Virus record (IMG/VR): IMGVR_UViG_3300017705_000602
DNA from: a virus
Lineage: Duplodnaviria > Heunggongvirae > Uroviricota > Caudoviricetes
DNA: 64,000 bases
Strand: one strand, 5' to 3'
Shown here piece by piece: positions 8,548 to 17,420 of the stretch. The position numbers and the translations under genes were made by a program. The notes beneath the pieces were generated by a model, which had not been told where the DNA came from, ran no database searches, and worked only from the letters and a program-made list of their open reading frames with translations. How positions within the stretch are numbered: the stretch's first letter is position 1; each line of letters starts with the position of its first letter.

Positions 8548-8814
8548 ATGCGAGTATTTACAGCAGTAATAGACGAATATATTGACGTATTTGGCGAATG
8601 CCATGCTGTTAGAAACATGGTCCCGAATCAAGAAAGCACAACTCAAGATTTAGAAACCAGCTATCGTGAAGTTGCACAGCGCATTGCTGATACCAATTCG
8701 CATCGTGAGTTGATCAGTGTTACTATTTCCGCATACCGAGATAACAGCCTGGGTTGCTTTACGTATTGGCAAGGTGCTATGAGAACATACAAAATAGAAG
8801 AATTAAAAGGTTGA
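8548..8814 (+). CDS. hypothetical protein
   Basis: 88-aa ORF. Confidence 0.4.
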   Translation: MRVFTAVIDEYIDVFGECHAVRNMVPNQESTTQDLETSYREVAQRIADTNSHRELISVTISAYRDNSLGCFTYWQGAMRTYKIEELKG

Positions 8815-9001
8815 CAATATAAACACATTCATGTATAGTGTGTTCATATTGTAAAGTTTTAAGACACAAATAGTTCCTATGAAAATTCACTTTTAAGATA
8901 AAATACTATTCGTCTTACCGTATCAAGCGCCAGTGGCACACCAAAGTTGTATACCACCTTTAATAGCAGGTATGTAATGCCACTGGTAGCAATAAAAATT
9001 T

Positions 9002-9078
9002 GGAGTTGAGGTGTACCAGGATTGCATACTCCCCTGTCACGGGAAAGGTAGCGGGTTCGATCCCCGTCAACTCCGCCA
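9002..9078 (+). tRNA. tRNA-Asp (anticodon GTC)
   Basis: acceptor ggagttg/caactcc perfect, loop ctGTCac, T-arm gcggg ttcgatc cccgt, CCA; D-arm irregular. Confidence 0.6.
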
Positions 9079-9108
9079 GTTTTGCAAATGCTCCGAGACG
9101 GGTGTTTG

Positions 9109-9176
9109 AGGAAGATAGCTTAATAGGAAAAGCATCCTTAGGGACGTTATGGACGGTTCGAATCCGGTCCTTCCAC
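9109..9176 (+). other. tRNA-like sequence (possible pseudo-tRNA; anticodon arm not resolvable)
   Basis: D-arm gctt aataggaa aagc and T-loop ggttcgaatcc present, but acceptor pairing and U33 anticodon loop could not be found. Confidence 0.3.
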
Positions 9177-9183
9177 ATTTTTT

Positions 9184-9261
9184 GGAGAGTAAGCATAAGC
9201 GGTATATGCGGTCGCCTGTTAAGCGAATGACAGTCGGGTTCGAATCCCACACTCTCCGCCA
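9184..9261 (+). tRNA. tRNA-Asn (anticodon GTT)
   Basis: acceptor ggagagt/actctcc perfect, D-arm gcat..atgc, loop ctGTTaa, CCA; weak 3-bp T-stem. Confidence 0.6.
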
Positions 9262-9266
9262 CATTT

Positions 9267-9344
9267 GGGTCGCTAGCTCAATTGGTTAGTAGCACCGGCC
9301 TTTTAAGCCGTAGGTTCCGAGTTCGAGTCTCGGGCGACCCACCA
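9267..9344 (+). tRNA. tRNA-Lys (anticodon TTT)
   Basis: acceptor gggtcgc/gcgaccc perfect, anticodon stem ccggc/gccgt, loop ctTTTaa, T-arm ccgag ttcgagt ctcgg, CCA. Confidence 0.8.
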
Positions 9345-9362
9345 CTTTTTAAGGAATGAATA

Positions 9363-9911
9363 ATGGGCTATCGTGTACGTCTTGGTCGCTTTCCGAAAGT
9401 TGATCGTAAACGTTATATGCACCTTAAATCAGAAGCAGAAGCTTACGAATGGTTTGAACAGCACGACACAGAACATGCACATTATCGTCCACGAGAACTG
9501 CAAGAGCTTGTTGAACTTGGCAAGTATGTCGACTATAAAAAGCAAGGTCTCGATGTAGAAAAGTTTTACGAGTTCGATCTTGAGGAAAACGATTTTATTA
9601 TTGTTAACCGAGAGTTTTTATTGCACATCATCGAAGAGTATCGAACAAATACAGTAGTCTGGTATACCGAACTGCTAGACGAAGTTGCAAGCGGCGACGT
9701 TGCACAAGTTAGTTTTCATCTCAAAAACAAAATAAATGAATGGGATAATAAGTATTACAGCAATTTAAAGACAGAAGAACACGACACAGGCAAGCACGAA
9801 GATGGTCGATTAACACGATCGTGGAAGTTTGAATATGCAGTGTTCAATTTACTGTTTATATTACACACATTCGACTGGGACAATGATTATTTAATCTACA
9901 GCGGATGGTAA
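9363..9911 (+). CDS. hypothetical protein
   Basis: 182-aa ORF with AAGGAATGAATAATG RBS context between tRNA-Lys and tRNA-Ser. Confidence 0.5.
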   Translation: MGYRVRLGRFPKVDRKRYMHLKSEAEAYEWFEQHDTEHAHYRPRELQELVELGKYVDYKKQGLDVEKFYEFDLEENDFIIVNREFLLHIIEEYRTNTVVWYTELLDEVASGDVAQVSFHLKNKINEWDNKYYSNLKTEEHDTGKHEDGRLTRSWKFEYAVFNLLFILHTFDWDNDYLIYSGW

Positions 9912-9917
9912 GAACAA

Positions 9918-10008
9918 GGTGAGTTGGCAGAGTTGGTCTATTGCGCTTGACTGCTAATCAAGAGTCCTGTAACCGGGGCACGTGGGTTCGAATCCCACAC
10001 TCACCGCC
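9918..10008 (+). tRNA. tRNA-Ser (anticodon GCT), class II
   Basis: acceptor ggtgagt/actcacc, anticodon stem cttga/tcaag, loop ctGCTaa, long variable arm, T-loop ttcgaat, CCA. Confidence 0.8.
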
Positions 10009-10026
10009 AAACACAAGGATTACAAC

Positions 10027-11160
10027 GTGTCAAAACGAATAGTAGTAAAAGTTGGCTCTACATTGTTAGCAAACGAAGAAACACTTAGAATGCGATTTGC
10101 ATTTATGTGGGGTTTGCTACGTGATATAGCCGATCTACAAAATCAAGGTTACGATGTAGTACTAATGAGTTCTGGTGCAGTTGCACTAGGTAGAGAAATA
10201 CTCAAAACAGATGACAACAGTATTGCAACCAAACAAGCCGCATCGGCTTGTGGGCAACCAGTATTACTGCATGCTTACAGATCGATTGCACAAGAAATGA
10301 GCAAAGATATTGCTCAAGTGTTGGTTACCATGAGCGAAATGGAATCGCAAGATCATTTTGATGATATCAGCAACACAATTGAACGTTTGTTTGATTATCC
10401 TGTTATTCCTATTGTTAACGAAAACGATACCACAGCAACAAAAGATTTGCGCGTTGGCGACAATGACAGGCTAGCGGCAAAAGTTGCCGAAATGATTGGT
10501 GCAGAACACTTGGTTATACTTACCAGTATTGACGGTTTATACGATCGAAATCCAAGTGATCCAGACGCACAGTTTATCGATGTGCTTGATGATGTTAGTC
10601 AGTATATTGACGGCACAGAAGAAACAAACGGCCTGGGCAGCGGTGGCATGAAAACTAAATTGCAAGCCGCAAACATGGCACAGCAATGCAATTGTACCAC
10701 ACATATTGCCGAAGGCATCATAGATGCACCGGTGTCAAGTGTTATTAATAATACACGAGTGCATACTAAATGTTTGCCGATTGACCAGACAGCATCCAGG
10801 CAAGAACTTTGGTTAAGTAACCGATTGCGAGTAGCATGTTCGATTATTGTTCCGAAACAAGTTGCACAATCTCTTGCAGACACAAAGCAAAATATCGTGT
10901 ATAATGATATTGCTTCACGCTTTGGCGCATTCAGCAGAGATGATATTTTACATGTGTTTAGCGAAGATGGTGTTGAATTAGCACGTGGGTATGCAGAATG
11001 TTCAAGTGATGATCTTGAACACTTGCAACACATGCGCAACCAGTTTGATTCAGAATACGGTGCAGACGCATTGATAATCAAACAAGACCGCATGATGCTA
11101 GTGGAGTCCAGTCAGTTAAGCTGGGACGCACCGGACATTGAAACAACACAATCTGTTTAA
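10027..11160 (+). CDS. glutamate 5-kinase (ProB)-like amino-acid-kinase-family protein with C-terminal PUA domain
   Basis: VVKVGSTLL, VLMSSGAVALGRE, PIVNENDTTATKDLRVGDNDRLAA, GSGGMKTKLQAAN match ProB blocks; C-terminal region matches the ProB PUA domain. GTG start at 10027 chosen (AAGGA 8 nt upstream) because the track start at 9982 lies inside tRNA-Ser. Confidence 0.75.
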   Translation: MSKRIVVKVGSTLLANEETLRMRFAFMWGLLRDIADLQNQGYDVVLMSSGAVALGREILKTDDNSIATKQAASACGQPVLLHAYRSIAQEMSKDIAQVLVTMSEMESQDHFDDISNTIERLFDYPVIPIVNENDTTATKDLRVGDNDRLAAKVAEMIGAEHLVILTSIDGLYDRNPSDPDAQFIDVLDDVSQYIDGTEETNGLGSGGMKTKLQAANMAQQCNCTTHIAEGIIDAPVSSVINNTRVHTKCLPIDQTASRQELWLSNRLRVACSIIVPKQVAQSLADTKQNIVYNDIASRFGAFSRDDILHVFSEDGVELARGYAECSSDDLEHLQHMRNQFDSEYGADALIIKQDRMMLVESSQLSWDAPDIETTQSV

Positions 11161-11170
11161 GGAAATAAAC

Positions 11171-11404
11171 ATGTGCGATAAAAAAATTACAATTTCGGTT
11201 TACCTTGACACAGGTGTAGTTAGAGAATACGATGTATCCAATCATGCAAGTGCTAGAGAGCACGTTGCAGAAATCGTAAAGACAGGTTACCGACATATTG
11301 ACGGAGACAAATTAACACACGTACCTCCGCATAAAATTAGTAAAGTTTGTGCTCAAGGCCCGGGTATTGATACTAAATATCCAGACCGTGTAAGAGGCAC
11401 GTAG
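11171..11404 (+). CDS. small hypothetical protein
   Basis: ATG at 11171 with AAGGA RBS; 77 aa. Confidence 0.45.
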   Translation: MCDKKITISVYLDTGVVREYDVSNHASAREHVAEIVKTGYRHIDGDKLTHVPPHKISKVCAQGPGIDTKYPDRVRGT

Positions 11405-11576
11405 ATTGTACTTGTCATTTTTTATTTACTACCTTGGATTAGTAATTGCATTTGCAATACAAGTAGTTCTATTTCCAAGCAGTAGAATAACGTTTACACA
11501 AGCGTTTGTACTATTATTTAAGTCGTTTGGCTCGTGGCTAACCATCGGTTGGTTATGGACAAAACGCAAACAGTTA

Positions 11577-11651
11577 TAGAGGTATAGCCAAGCGGTTACG
11601 GCATCGGACTTTGAATTCGACATCGCTGGTTCGAATCCAGCTACCTCTGCC
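11577..11651 (+). tRNA. tRNA-Gln (anticodon TTG)
   Basis: acceptor agaggta/tacctct perfect, anticodon stem tcgga/ttcga, loop ctTTGaa, T-arm gctgg ttcgaat ccagc, CCA. Confidence 0.7.
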
Positions 11652-11808
11652 ACATTTAAGCTGTAATTGTTAGCCGTCCAGAGAGGATAGGGGCAGGCAT
11701 CTGAACTTGTTTGATTGCGCATACACAAGAAGGAAGGATGTCGACGTTTATAAGCATTGGCCCGCTTTTAAACAACTTTACAGCTTAAACCTATTTTGAG
11801 GAAATGTT

Positions 11809-12291
11809 ATGTTTAGTGCTTTTGGTAGACTGGTTTACAAGTGCGTAAATGCAGCAGTCGGAGTTAATCTCACAGAGCAAGACAAGAAAAACATACAAGC
11901 ATTACAAAACAGAAAAGGTCCTGCAGAAGCAGTACGCGAATATTGGAAAAAAGCCGAGCAAGGCAAACAAAAAGTGCCTGGTGTTGCAAAAAATCTTAAA
12001 CCGGGCGACTTGTCTAACAATCAAGATTGGATGTACATACAAGATATCGGCCAGTATATTTCTCCGCGTGGCAACGATCGCAAACACACAGTGATTGTAC
12101 AAGAAGTGCGTAGGCACACTGCTGGTGTAGAAATTGCAAGGATTGAGTGTACTAACTCAATTTACAGCGAATGGATAGTAGCATGTTCAAACAGCATGTG
12201 GCATACACAAGCAAAGACAGCTCAGGACATTCATGGTAATTTTTACCACTTAGGGCAAATGTGCCAAACTAGATGTACAGTAACTTATTAA
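11809..12291 (+). CDS. hypothetical protein
   Basis: 160-aa ORF ending 1 nt before tRNA-Leu. Confidence 0.5.
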   Translation: MFSAFGRLVYKCVNAAVGVNLTEQDKKNIQALQNRKGPAEAVREYWKKAEQGKQKVPGVAKNLKPGDLSNNQDWMYIQDIGQYISPRGNDRKHTVIVQEVRRHTAGVEIARIECTNSIYSEWIVACSNSMWHTQAKTAQDIHGNFYHLGQMCQTRCTVTY

Positions 12292-12375
12292 GCGGGTATG
12301 GTGGAACGGTATACACAGAGTGCTTAAAACGCTCCGACTTCGGTCATGCAGGTTCGAATCTTGCTACCCGCACCA
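12292..12375 (+). tRNA. tRNA-Leu (anticodon TAA), class II
   Basis: acceptor gcgggta/tacccgc perfect, anticodon stem gagtg/cgctc, loop ctTAAaa, long variable arm, T-loop ttcgaat, CCA. Confidence 0.75.
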
Positions 12376-12382
12376 TTTTTAT

Positions 12383-12457
12383 GCAGTATTAGCTCAGTAG
12401 GTAGAGCGTTGGTCTGCCAGTCCAAAGGTCATCGGTTCGAACCCGATATACTGCTCC
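12383..12457 (+). tRNA. tRNA-Gly (anticodon GCC, tentative)
   Basis: acceptor gcagtat/atactgc perfect, D-arm gctc agtaggta gagc, loop ctGCCag with one stem mismatch, T-arm atcgg ttcgaac ccgat, CCA. Confidence 0.6.
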
Positions 12458-12467
12458 AAGGATACAC

Positions 12468-12773
12468 ATGATTGCATACAACTTTAAAAAAGTAAACAAC
12501 CAAGACCTTACTTATGCAATAGTAGGAAACATTGCAATCGATTTCGGGTACATAACCAGAAAAGAACGTTCTGATTTTAGGCAGTTTTTACAATCGCACA
12601 ACTTTATTAAAAAAGTCGACGGATGCATAAACTTTGAAATTGTATACCCTTTTGTGTATCGCACAGTAAAAAGTAACAAAACAGACGATGCGTTAATGAC
12701 GGTGCATTTATTCAAGCAAGGCGTTTACATCAACTACGATTTTGTTGAAGTTGAATTTCTTGAAGTTGAATAA
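12468..12773 (+). CDS. hypothetical protein
   Basis: 101-aa ORF with GGA RBS context. Confidence 0.45.
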   Translation: MIAYNFKKVNNQDLTYAIVGNIAIDFGYITRKERSDFRQFLQSHNFIKKVDGCINFEIVYPFVYRTVKSNKTDDALMTVHLFKQGVYINYDFVEVEFLEVE

Positions 12774-12800
12774 ATACATATATAACCATGAGGAAAAAAT

Positions 12801-13079
12801 ATGTTTTGTAAGAATTGTGCAACAGAAATAAGCGACCGAGCAAGGTCATGCCCTAAATGCGGACATCCAGTTTGCGAAGAAGGTGCCAAGTCAAAAGTTG
12901 CTTTTGTTATATTGGCGCTACTAGTAGGCGGCTTTGGCATTCACCGTATGTATATCGGTGATTGGTTGCTTGGTATTATATACCTTGTTTTTTGTTGGAC
13001 ATTTATTCCAGCTTTAGTTGCGTTAATAGAAGCTATAGTTATCGGATTTAGAAAAGACGATCCACGCTTCGAATATTAA
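12801..13079 (+). CDS. zinc-ribbon + TM2-domain membrane protein
   Basis: N-terminal CxxC..CxxC ribbon (CKNC..CPKC) followed by two hydrophobic helices with G..G.HRMYIGD pattern typical of TM2 domain. Confidence 0.6.
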   Translation: MFCKNCATEISDRARSCPKCGHPVCEEGAKSKVAFVILALLVGGFGIHRMYIGDWLLGIIYLVFCWTFIPALVALIEAIVIGFRKDDPRFEY

Positions 13080-13084
13080 ATAAT

Positions 13085-13170
13085 GCGGATGTGGTGAAAT
13101 GGGAGACACGCCAGGTTTAGGCCCTGGTGCTAGAAATAGCGTGAGAGTTCGAATCTCTCCATCCGTACCA
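13085..13170 (+). tRNA. tRNA-Leu (anticodon TAG), class II
   Basis: anticodon stem ccagg/cctgg perfect, loop ttTAGgc, long variable arm, T-loop ttcgaat, acceptor gcggatg/catccgt, CCA. Confidence 0.75.
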
Positions 13171-13177
13171 TTTTATA

Positions 13178-13774
13178 CTAGGCCCTTTTTATAATTATTG
13201 CTTGACGACCCATGAACACATTAAGATGTTCATTGTGAATCATGCAAAAGCGGTTTACTGCTTTATAAACACCGGGCCAGTTTTCTTCACTGTAATCATC
13301 GAAATATAAAACTCCTCCTTTCTTTATTTTAGGATACCATTGGTTTATATTTGATTTAGTTTGATCGTAAGTGTGTCCTGCATCGATGTAGATAAAGTCA
13401 ACACTTTCGTCTTCGAACGTCATTTCTTCAACTGCAAGCGGAAGCACAGCTTTTACAAGATGCAGATTTTTTACATCTTGTAAATTTTCTCGTACAGTTT
13501 CCACGCAGTATATTTGATCCGTATCGGCATTATGTAAAAGTGAGTCTTGTTGAAAACTAGCAAGCGTTCTTGGATTACACGGATCACCGAACCAATCGTA
13601 ACAGTACAGATGAACAGAATCTTTTTTATTCATGCCAAGTGCATACGCACTTCTGCCTGCAAACGTACCGAGTTCTACTATGGTGCCATTTTCGGGCACT
13701 TGCTTTGCATATTTTGCTAAGTTTACGAGTGAGCAAGTATTTCCCCAACCGCATATATTTTCATTTATGATCAT
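13178..13774 (-). CDS. class I SAM-dependent methyltransferase (Methyltransf_24 / TylF-MycF-like O-methyltransferase family)
   Basis: minus-strand ORF; SAM-binding motif I IVELGTFAGRSA and motif FIYIDAGHTY...KGGVLYFDDY typical of TylF-type sugar O-methyltransferases. Confidence 0.65.
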   Translation of the reverse strand: MIINENICGWGNTCSLVNLAKYAKQVPENGTIVELGTFAGRSAYALGMNKKDSVHLYCYDWFGDPCNPRTLASFQQDSLLHNADTDQIYCVETVRENLQDVKNLHLVKAVLPLAVEEMTFEDESVDFIYIDAGHTYDQTKSNINQWYPKIKKGGVLYFDDYSEENWPGVYKAVNRFCMIHNEHLNVFMGRQAIIIKRA

Positions 13775-13853
13775 AGCATTATTTATCGGGTACTACACCT
13801 CACTGTGATAAATATACGAAGCATATCGTTTAGGTCGGCAATATAGGAAAACA

Positions 13854-14447
13854 ATGTTAACTACAATTTTGTCAACGCCAAGAACAGGCAGTTCGACTTT
13901 TAGCAACGAAGTAGGTTTAAGTTGGTTTCCTTCTTGCCATCCAAACAAGAATAACCGAGAGTATTTTAATTTTTTACATTGCGACACACCTGAACAAGTG
14001 ACCGAATATTGCGATCGCTATATTGGGTTACTTGAAGAGAAAGTATTAAAAGACGACCAGGATATAGTAATCAAGATACTGATATCCCATCTAGAACATC
14101 AGCCACACATACTGGATCGTGTGTTAGCAATTAGCAGTAAAATTTATCACACTGTTCGTTACAACTACCAAGATCATTTAAAAAGTTATACATCATCAAG
14201 ATTGTCTGGCGAATGGGGAGCTTCTCGCAAGCGTGAGCAGATATCGGTGTGCAACAACACAGTGTCGTTATTCCATACGCACCTTACAGCTCAACTAAAA
14301 ATGCATTCGGATCTTTATCATTTGGTCGGCGGCGACCTTGTTGTACTTGAAGAAAGGACACAAAACAGATATCCGCAAGTACCAGTATTCAATAACAATA
14401 TTATCTGGCCGTCATTCGATACAGAGGCACAGTTTAAAAAACGATAA
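13854..14447 (+). CDS. sulfotransferase-like protein (tentative)
   Basis: N-terminal P-loop-like LSTPRTGSSTF resembling the 5'-PSB PAPS-binding motif; AGGAAAACAATG RBS; divergent from the methyltransferase gene. Confidence 0.4.
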   Translation: MLTTILSTPRTGSSTFSNEVGLSWFPSCHPNKNNREYFNFLHCDTPEQVTEYCDRYIGLLEEKVLKDDQDIVIKILISHLEHQPHILDRVLAISSKIYHTVRYNYQDHLKSYTSSRLSGEWGASRKREQISVCNNTVSLFHTHLTAQLKMHSDLYHLVGGDLVVLEERTQNRYPQVPVFNNNIIWPSFDTEAQFKKR

Positions 14448-14470
14448 ATAATGGTAGTATTCCAAATCAC

Positions 14471-14547
14471 GGTTGTGTAGTTCAGTCTGGTAGAACAGGA
14501 GACTCATATTCTCTATGTCGCAGGTTCAAATCCTGCCTCAACCACCA
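14471..14547 (+). tRNA. tRNA with CAT anticodon, copy 3
   Basis: D-arm gttc agtctggta gaac, anticodon stem ggaga/tctct, loop ctCATat, T-arm gcagg ttcaaat cctgc, CCA. Confidence 0.65.
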
Positions 14548-14566
14548 CTTTATAATAAATACACAC

Positions 14567-14806
14567 ATGACACAAAAATTTGAAATAATAGAAAAATCTT
14601 GGTTCAAGCGCAGAACACCGCGACCAGAACCAAAAGCAGTATCAGTAGACATCCCCGATTACAAACAAGAAAAAAATCACTTCTGTAAAATGCACGTAAC
14701 TTACGACGACGGGTCAACCAAGACCTTGTTGGCTCGCGTGGTACAAAATCATATCAAGAAGCATTGGATCGTTGACGGTATGGAAGTTTCTGTACTGGTA
14801 GTGTAA
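14567..14806 (+). CDS. small hypothetical protein
   Basis: 79-aa ORF. Confidence 0.45.
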   Translation: MTQKFEIIEKSWFKRRTPRPEPKAVSVDIPDYKQEKNHFCKMHVTYDDGSTKTLLARVVQNHIKKHWIVDGMEVSVLVV

Positions 14807-14919
14807 TAAATAATACATCAGAAAAAACATCGATTGACTTTTATAACAATGTATTATACTATATACGTGTCGTTAATCAGTTAACGATAAATTAATTAAT
14901 TTTTACCAAGGATCCACAT

Positions 14920-15654
14920 ATGAAATTTAAAAACATTTTGTTGGGCACAGTAATAGCACTTGGCTTTTCGTCAGTTGCTAATGCGGGCCTAATAACAACA
15001 ATAGATGACTTTTCCGATGACCAAGGTCCGCTAACTGTTATGGCAGGCGGTATGGACTGGAGCTCAGTACTCGGTGACATGATTGGCGGCGAACGTGATT
15101 TAATGATCACAAACATTGTCGATGATAATAACAGAGGGACAACTATCGAAATTACAAACGATAAGTTCTTCTTTAGTGCCGGTTCGGGTGCCGAGTCAAT
15201 GTTTACTATGCAATGGGACGGCATTGATAACTCAATGGACGTTAACACAACTGGGCTAGGCGGAATCAACTTTTTTGAATCTGGCAACTCGGTAGTTTCG
15301 TTTGTTACTGCAATCGTTGAGTCCGACTTAAATGCTTGGTTCGACATCACGTTTTGGTCTGGTGCTAACGGCACTGCTGAAACAGTAGAACTACCAATTC
15401 CAGGTGTTGCATTCCCAGGTCGCGATGCGTTCTTTACCACTAACGAATTTGCAAATACCGATTTTACAAATATCGGCGCAATACAAGTTCGCGGTAACAT
15501 TATATCTCCTGACACTGGGTTAATGGTTCGGTCGTACGACTTGCAACTAGATTCAGTAACAGCAGTACCAGAGCCAGCAATGGCAAGTTTGCTTGGTTTA
15601 GGTCTTGCAGGAATTGCATTAGCAGGTCGCAGAAGAAAAAAACTAGTAGGATAA
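14920..15654 (+). CDS. secreted protein with C-terminal PEP-CTERM sorting signal
   Basis: signal peptide MKFKNILLGTVIALGFSSVANA; C-terminus VPEPAMASLLGLGLAGIALAGRRRKK = VPEP + hydrophobic helix + Arg/Lys cluster; AAGGA RBS. Confidence 0.7.
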   Translation: MKFKNILLGTVIALGFSSVANAGLITTIDDFSDDQGPLTVMAGGMDWSSVLGDMIGGERDLMITNIVDDNNRGTTIEITNDKFFFSAGSGAESMFTMQWDGIDNSMDVNTTGLGGINFFESGNSVVSFVTAIVESDLNAWFDITFWSGANGTAETVELPIPGVAFPGRDAFFTTNEFANTDFTNIGAIQVRGNIISPDTGLMVRSYDLQLDSVTAVPEPAMASLLGLGLAGIALAGRRRKKLVG

Positions 15655-15675
15655 TTATGCGTCACAGCATACAGT

Positions 15676-15702
15676 AAAAAACGGTCGTAAGGCCGTTTTT
15701 TT
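15676..15702 (+). terminator. rho-independent terminator
   Basis: hairpin acggtc-gtaa-ggccgt followed by T7. Confidence 0.65.
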
Positions 15703-15891
15703 ACGATATCAAAAAAGTTGTATAAATACCAGCAGTGTGTATAATTATTATTGTATAGCGCACACCAAGGGTTAAGTGAGCATGCAACAACAGTAACCCC
15801 GAAAGACCCGAAAAACCACGGAAGGTGGCTAGTAAAGCTGGTAACTGTGTGCTATAATGCGCTATACACCCTACAATATATGGAGGTTGAC

Positions 15892-16701
15892 ATGAAAGTT
15901 AAAAAAGAATTACTTAGGGTATTTCTGTTAACGTTCTGTTTGGCCCCGACTTGCACATCCTACAATGATTTTAACACTTCGCTGATCAGATCTGTTTCCA
16001 CTGCGTCTAGTGAAATCGAAGACACCCAGGACCAAGAAAAAGACCGTGATTTGATTTCTGTTGCTCGCCAGGGCAAGCACAACGCAAATGATTCTGAACC
16101 GAACGACATATTAGAACACGATCCTGAGATTGCGGATGATACAGTCGAGGATGAGGATAAAGAAAACATAACACCAACCGTTGTGATACCACAAACAGGA
16201 TCGGACTCAATTAATCCGGATCTTTCGGACAGCACAATTAATCCCGAAAACTTGTTTTTACCTTTCGGGGTCAATCCGCTGTTCGGTGGTGGAACTGCAT
16301 TTGATTTTGATATTATTGGCACACCTGGCAACAGCAGAAGCAACCTAGGCACAAGATACCCAGTATTTAATTTTGGTAATTTCGGAATGTTACCAGGCGG
16401 GTTTTGGAATTTTAATCCCGGAACAGTTGATGTTGACCTAGACGACATGCTAGGCGATGCAGGCAATGATAACGACAACGGTAATGATAATGATAACGAC
16501 AGCGGTAACGACAATGACTTTGACTTCGGCAACCCCGGTGATGATTTTGTTATCGTAATTGAACCTATAGACCCAGGTTCAATTGATGTTGGTATTGGCA
16601 ATGGCAATGATGATATTGTTGACGTACCGGCACCACAAACTGCATTGCTATTATTTTTATCAATTGCTATACTACTTTACAATCGTAAATTTACACCATA
16701 A
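15892..16701 (+). CDS. secreted Asp/Asn/Gly-rich repeat protein with PEP-CTERM-like C-terminus
   Basis: GGAGG RBS then ATG at 15892; signal peptide MKVKKELLRVFLLTFCLAPTCTS; low-complexity GNDNDN repeats; C-terminus VPAPQTALLLFLSIAILLYNRKFTP (VPxP + helix + basic); extended -10 TGTGcTATAAT at 15848-15858. Confidence 0.55.
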   Translation: MKVKKELLRVFLLTFCLAPTCTSYNDFNTSLIRSVSTASSEIEDTQDQEKDRDLISVARQGKHNANDSEPNDILEHDPEIADDTVEDEDKENITPTVVIPQTGSDSINPDLSDSTINPENLFLPFGVNPLFGGGTAFDFDIIGTPGNSRSNLGTRYPVFNFGNFGMLPGGFWNFNPGTVDVDLDDMLGDAGNDNDNGNDNDNDSGNDNDFDFGNPGDDFVIVIEPIDPGSIDVGIGNGNDDIVDVPAPQTALLLFLSIAILLYNRKFTP

Positions 16702-16713
16702 TAAGGAATAATC

Positions 16714-17010
16714 ATGGACACACAAGACATCGCTCTTATGGCCGCTTTACAAAATAAATTCAAAGCAGGACATCTAAACCCTTTTACTAAATTCGTTTTA
16801 TCGGACGATAACACATATATTGTTTGCGGTGAATGCCACGGTGATCCACGATGGGCTGACGGCACTATTATTCGGACTTCAGTAGTGCTTTGTCATCACG
16901 AAGACGATGGTGTCATTGAAACCAGAAACAGTTATTACACTGTGGGCGAAGAAGTTCCGGACGACGACGAAAATAGAATTGAGCGTTTGCGTTTATTGTC
17001 AGTATTGTAA
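16714..17010 (+). CDS. hypothetical protein
   Basis: 98-aa ORF with AGGAATAATCATG context. Confidence 0.5.
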   Translation: MDTQDIALMAALQNKFKAGHLNPFTKFVLSDDNTYIVCGECHGDPRWADGTIIRTSVVLCHHEDDGVIETRNSYYTVGEEVPDDDENRIERLRLLSVL

Positions 17011-17390
17011 TGAAAGTGATTTATCGCCAGCTTGAAAGCATATACTCCACTAAACCGGATTCGCCGTGTTCGTTTGAACTATTGCTCGATGAAGGTTCGG
17101 AGTACTACTGCCAGCTAGTGTTAGCCCAAGGCGAAGATAACGTCACTTATACATTTAAAGGTAATGTGTCAATCGACATGACTGACTCGGTTATCAGTTT
17201 AAGCATACGCTACATGTTTTTTAAACCTATTTTCGAAGCATTGCTTGCAGGCGCACTAATTATCAGATACCACGGATACCAGATTATTCCTGATCTTAAA
17301 AGCATGACCTTGTCCGATCATCGAGACCATGGCAAGGATTATATATTCAATTGCGTTAAATTCAAAGCGGTGTTTGATTTCCAACAATAG
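17010..17390 (+). CDS. hypothetical protein
   Basis: 126-aa ORF, ATGA-overlap with upstream gene. Confidence 0.5.
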   Translation: MKVIYRQLESIYSTKPDSPCSFELLLDEGSEYYCQLVLAQGEDNVTYTFKGNVSIDMTDSVISLSIRYMFFKPIFEALLAGALIIRYHGYQIIPDLKSMTLSDHRDHGKDYIFNCVKFKAVFDFQQ

Positions 17391-17420
17391 ATAAATATGC
17401 TTATCAATCTGGAGATAAGC

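Noticed and set aside
8960-9264. Minus-strand ORFs (100 aa and 65 aa) with GFEP/GIEP motifs
   Set aside because: They are translations through plus-strand tRNA T-loops (tRNA-Asp/Asn/Lys region). The same artefact explains minus-strand ORFs 4370..4552, 11429..11728 and 20607..20792, and the plus-strand ORFs 4457..4687, 9000..9230 and 20560..20883.
10599-11093. 164-aa minus-strand ORF
   Set aside because: It lies inside the ProB-like gene, whose full-length homology defines the coding strand.
14892-15665. 257-aa minus-strand ORF
   Set aside because: It is entirely antisense to the PEP-CTERM gene, which has an RBS, signal peptide and sorting motif. It is low-complexity Ser/Pro-rich with no start context.
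15960-16607. 215-aa minus-strand ORF (LSLSLSLP repeats)
   Set aside because: It is an antisense reading of the GNDNDN repeat region of the + strand gene. Repetitive DNA gives open frames on both strands.
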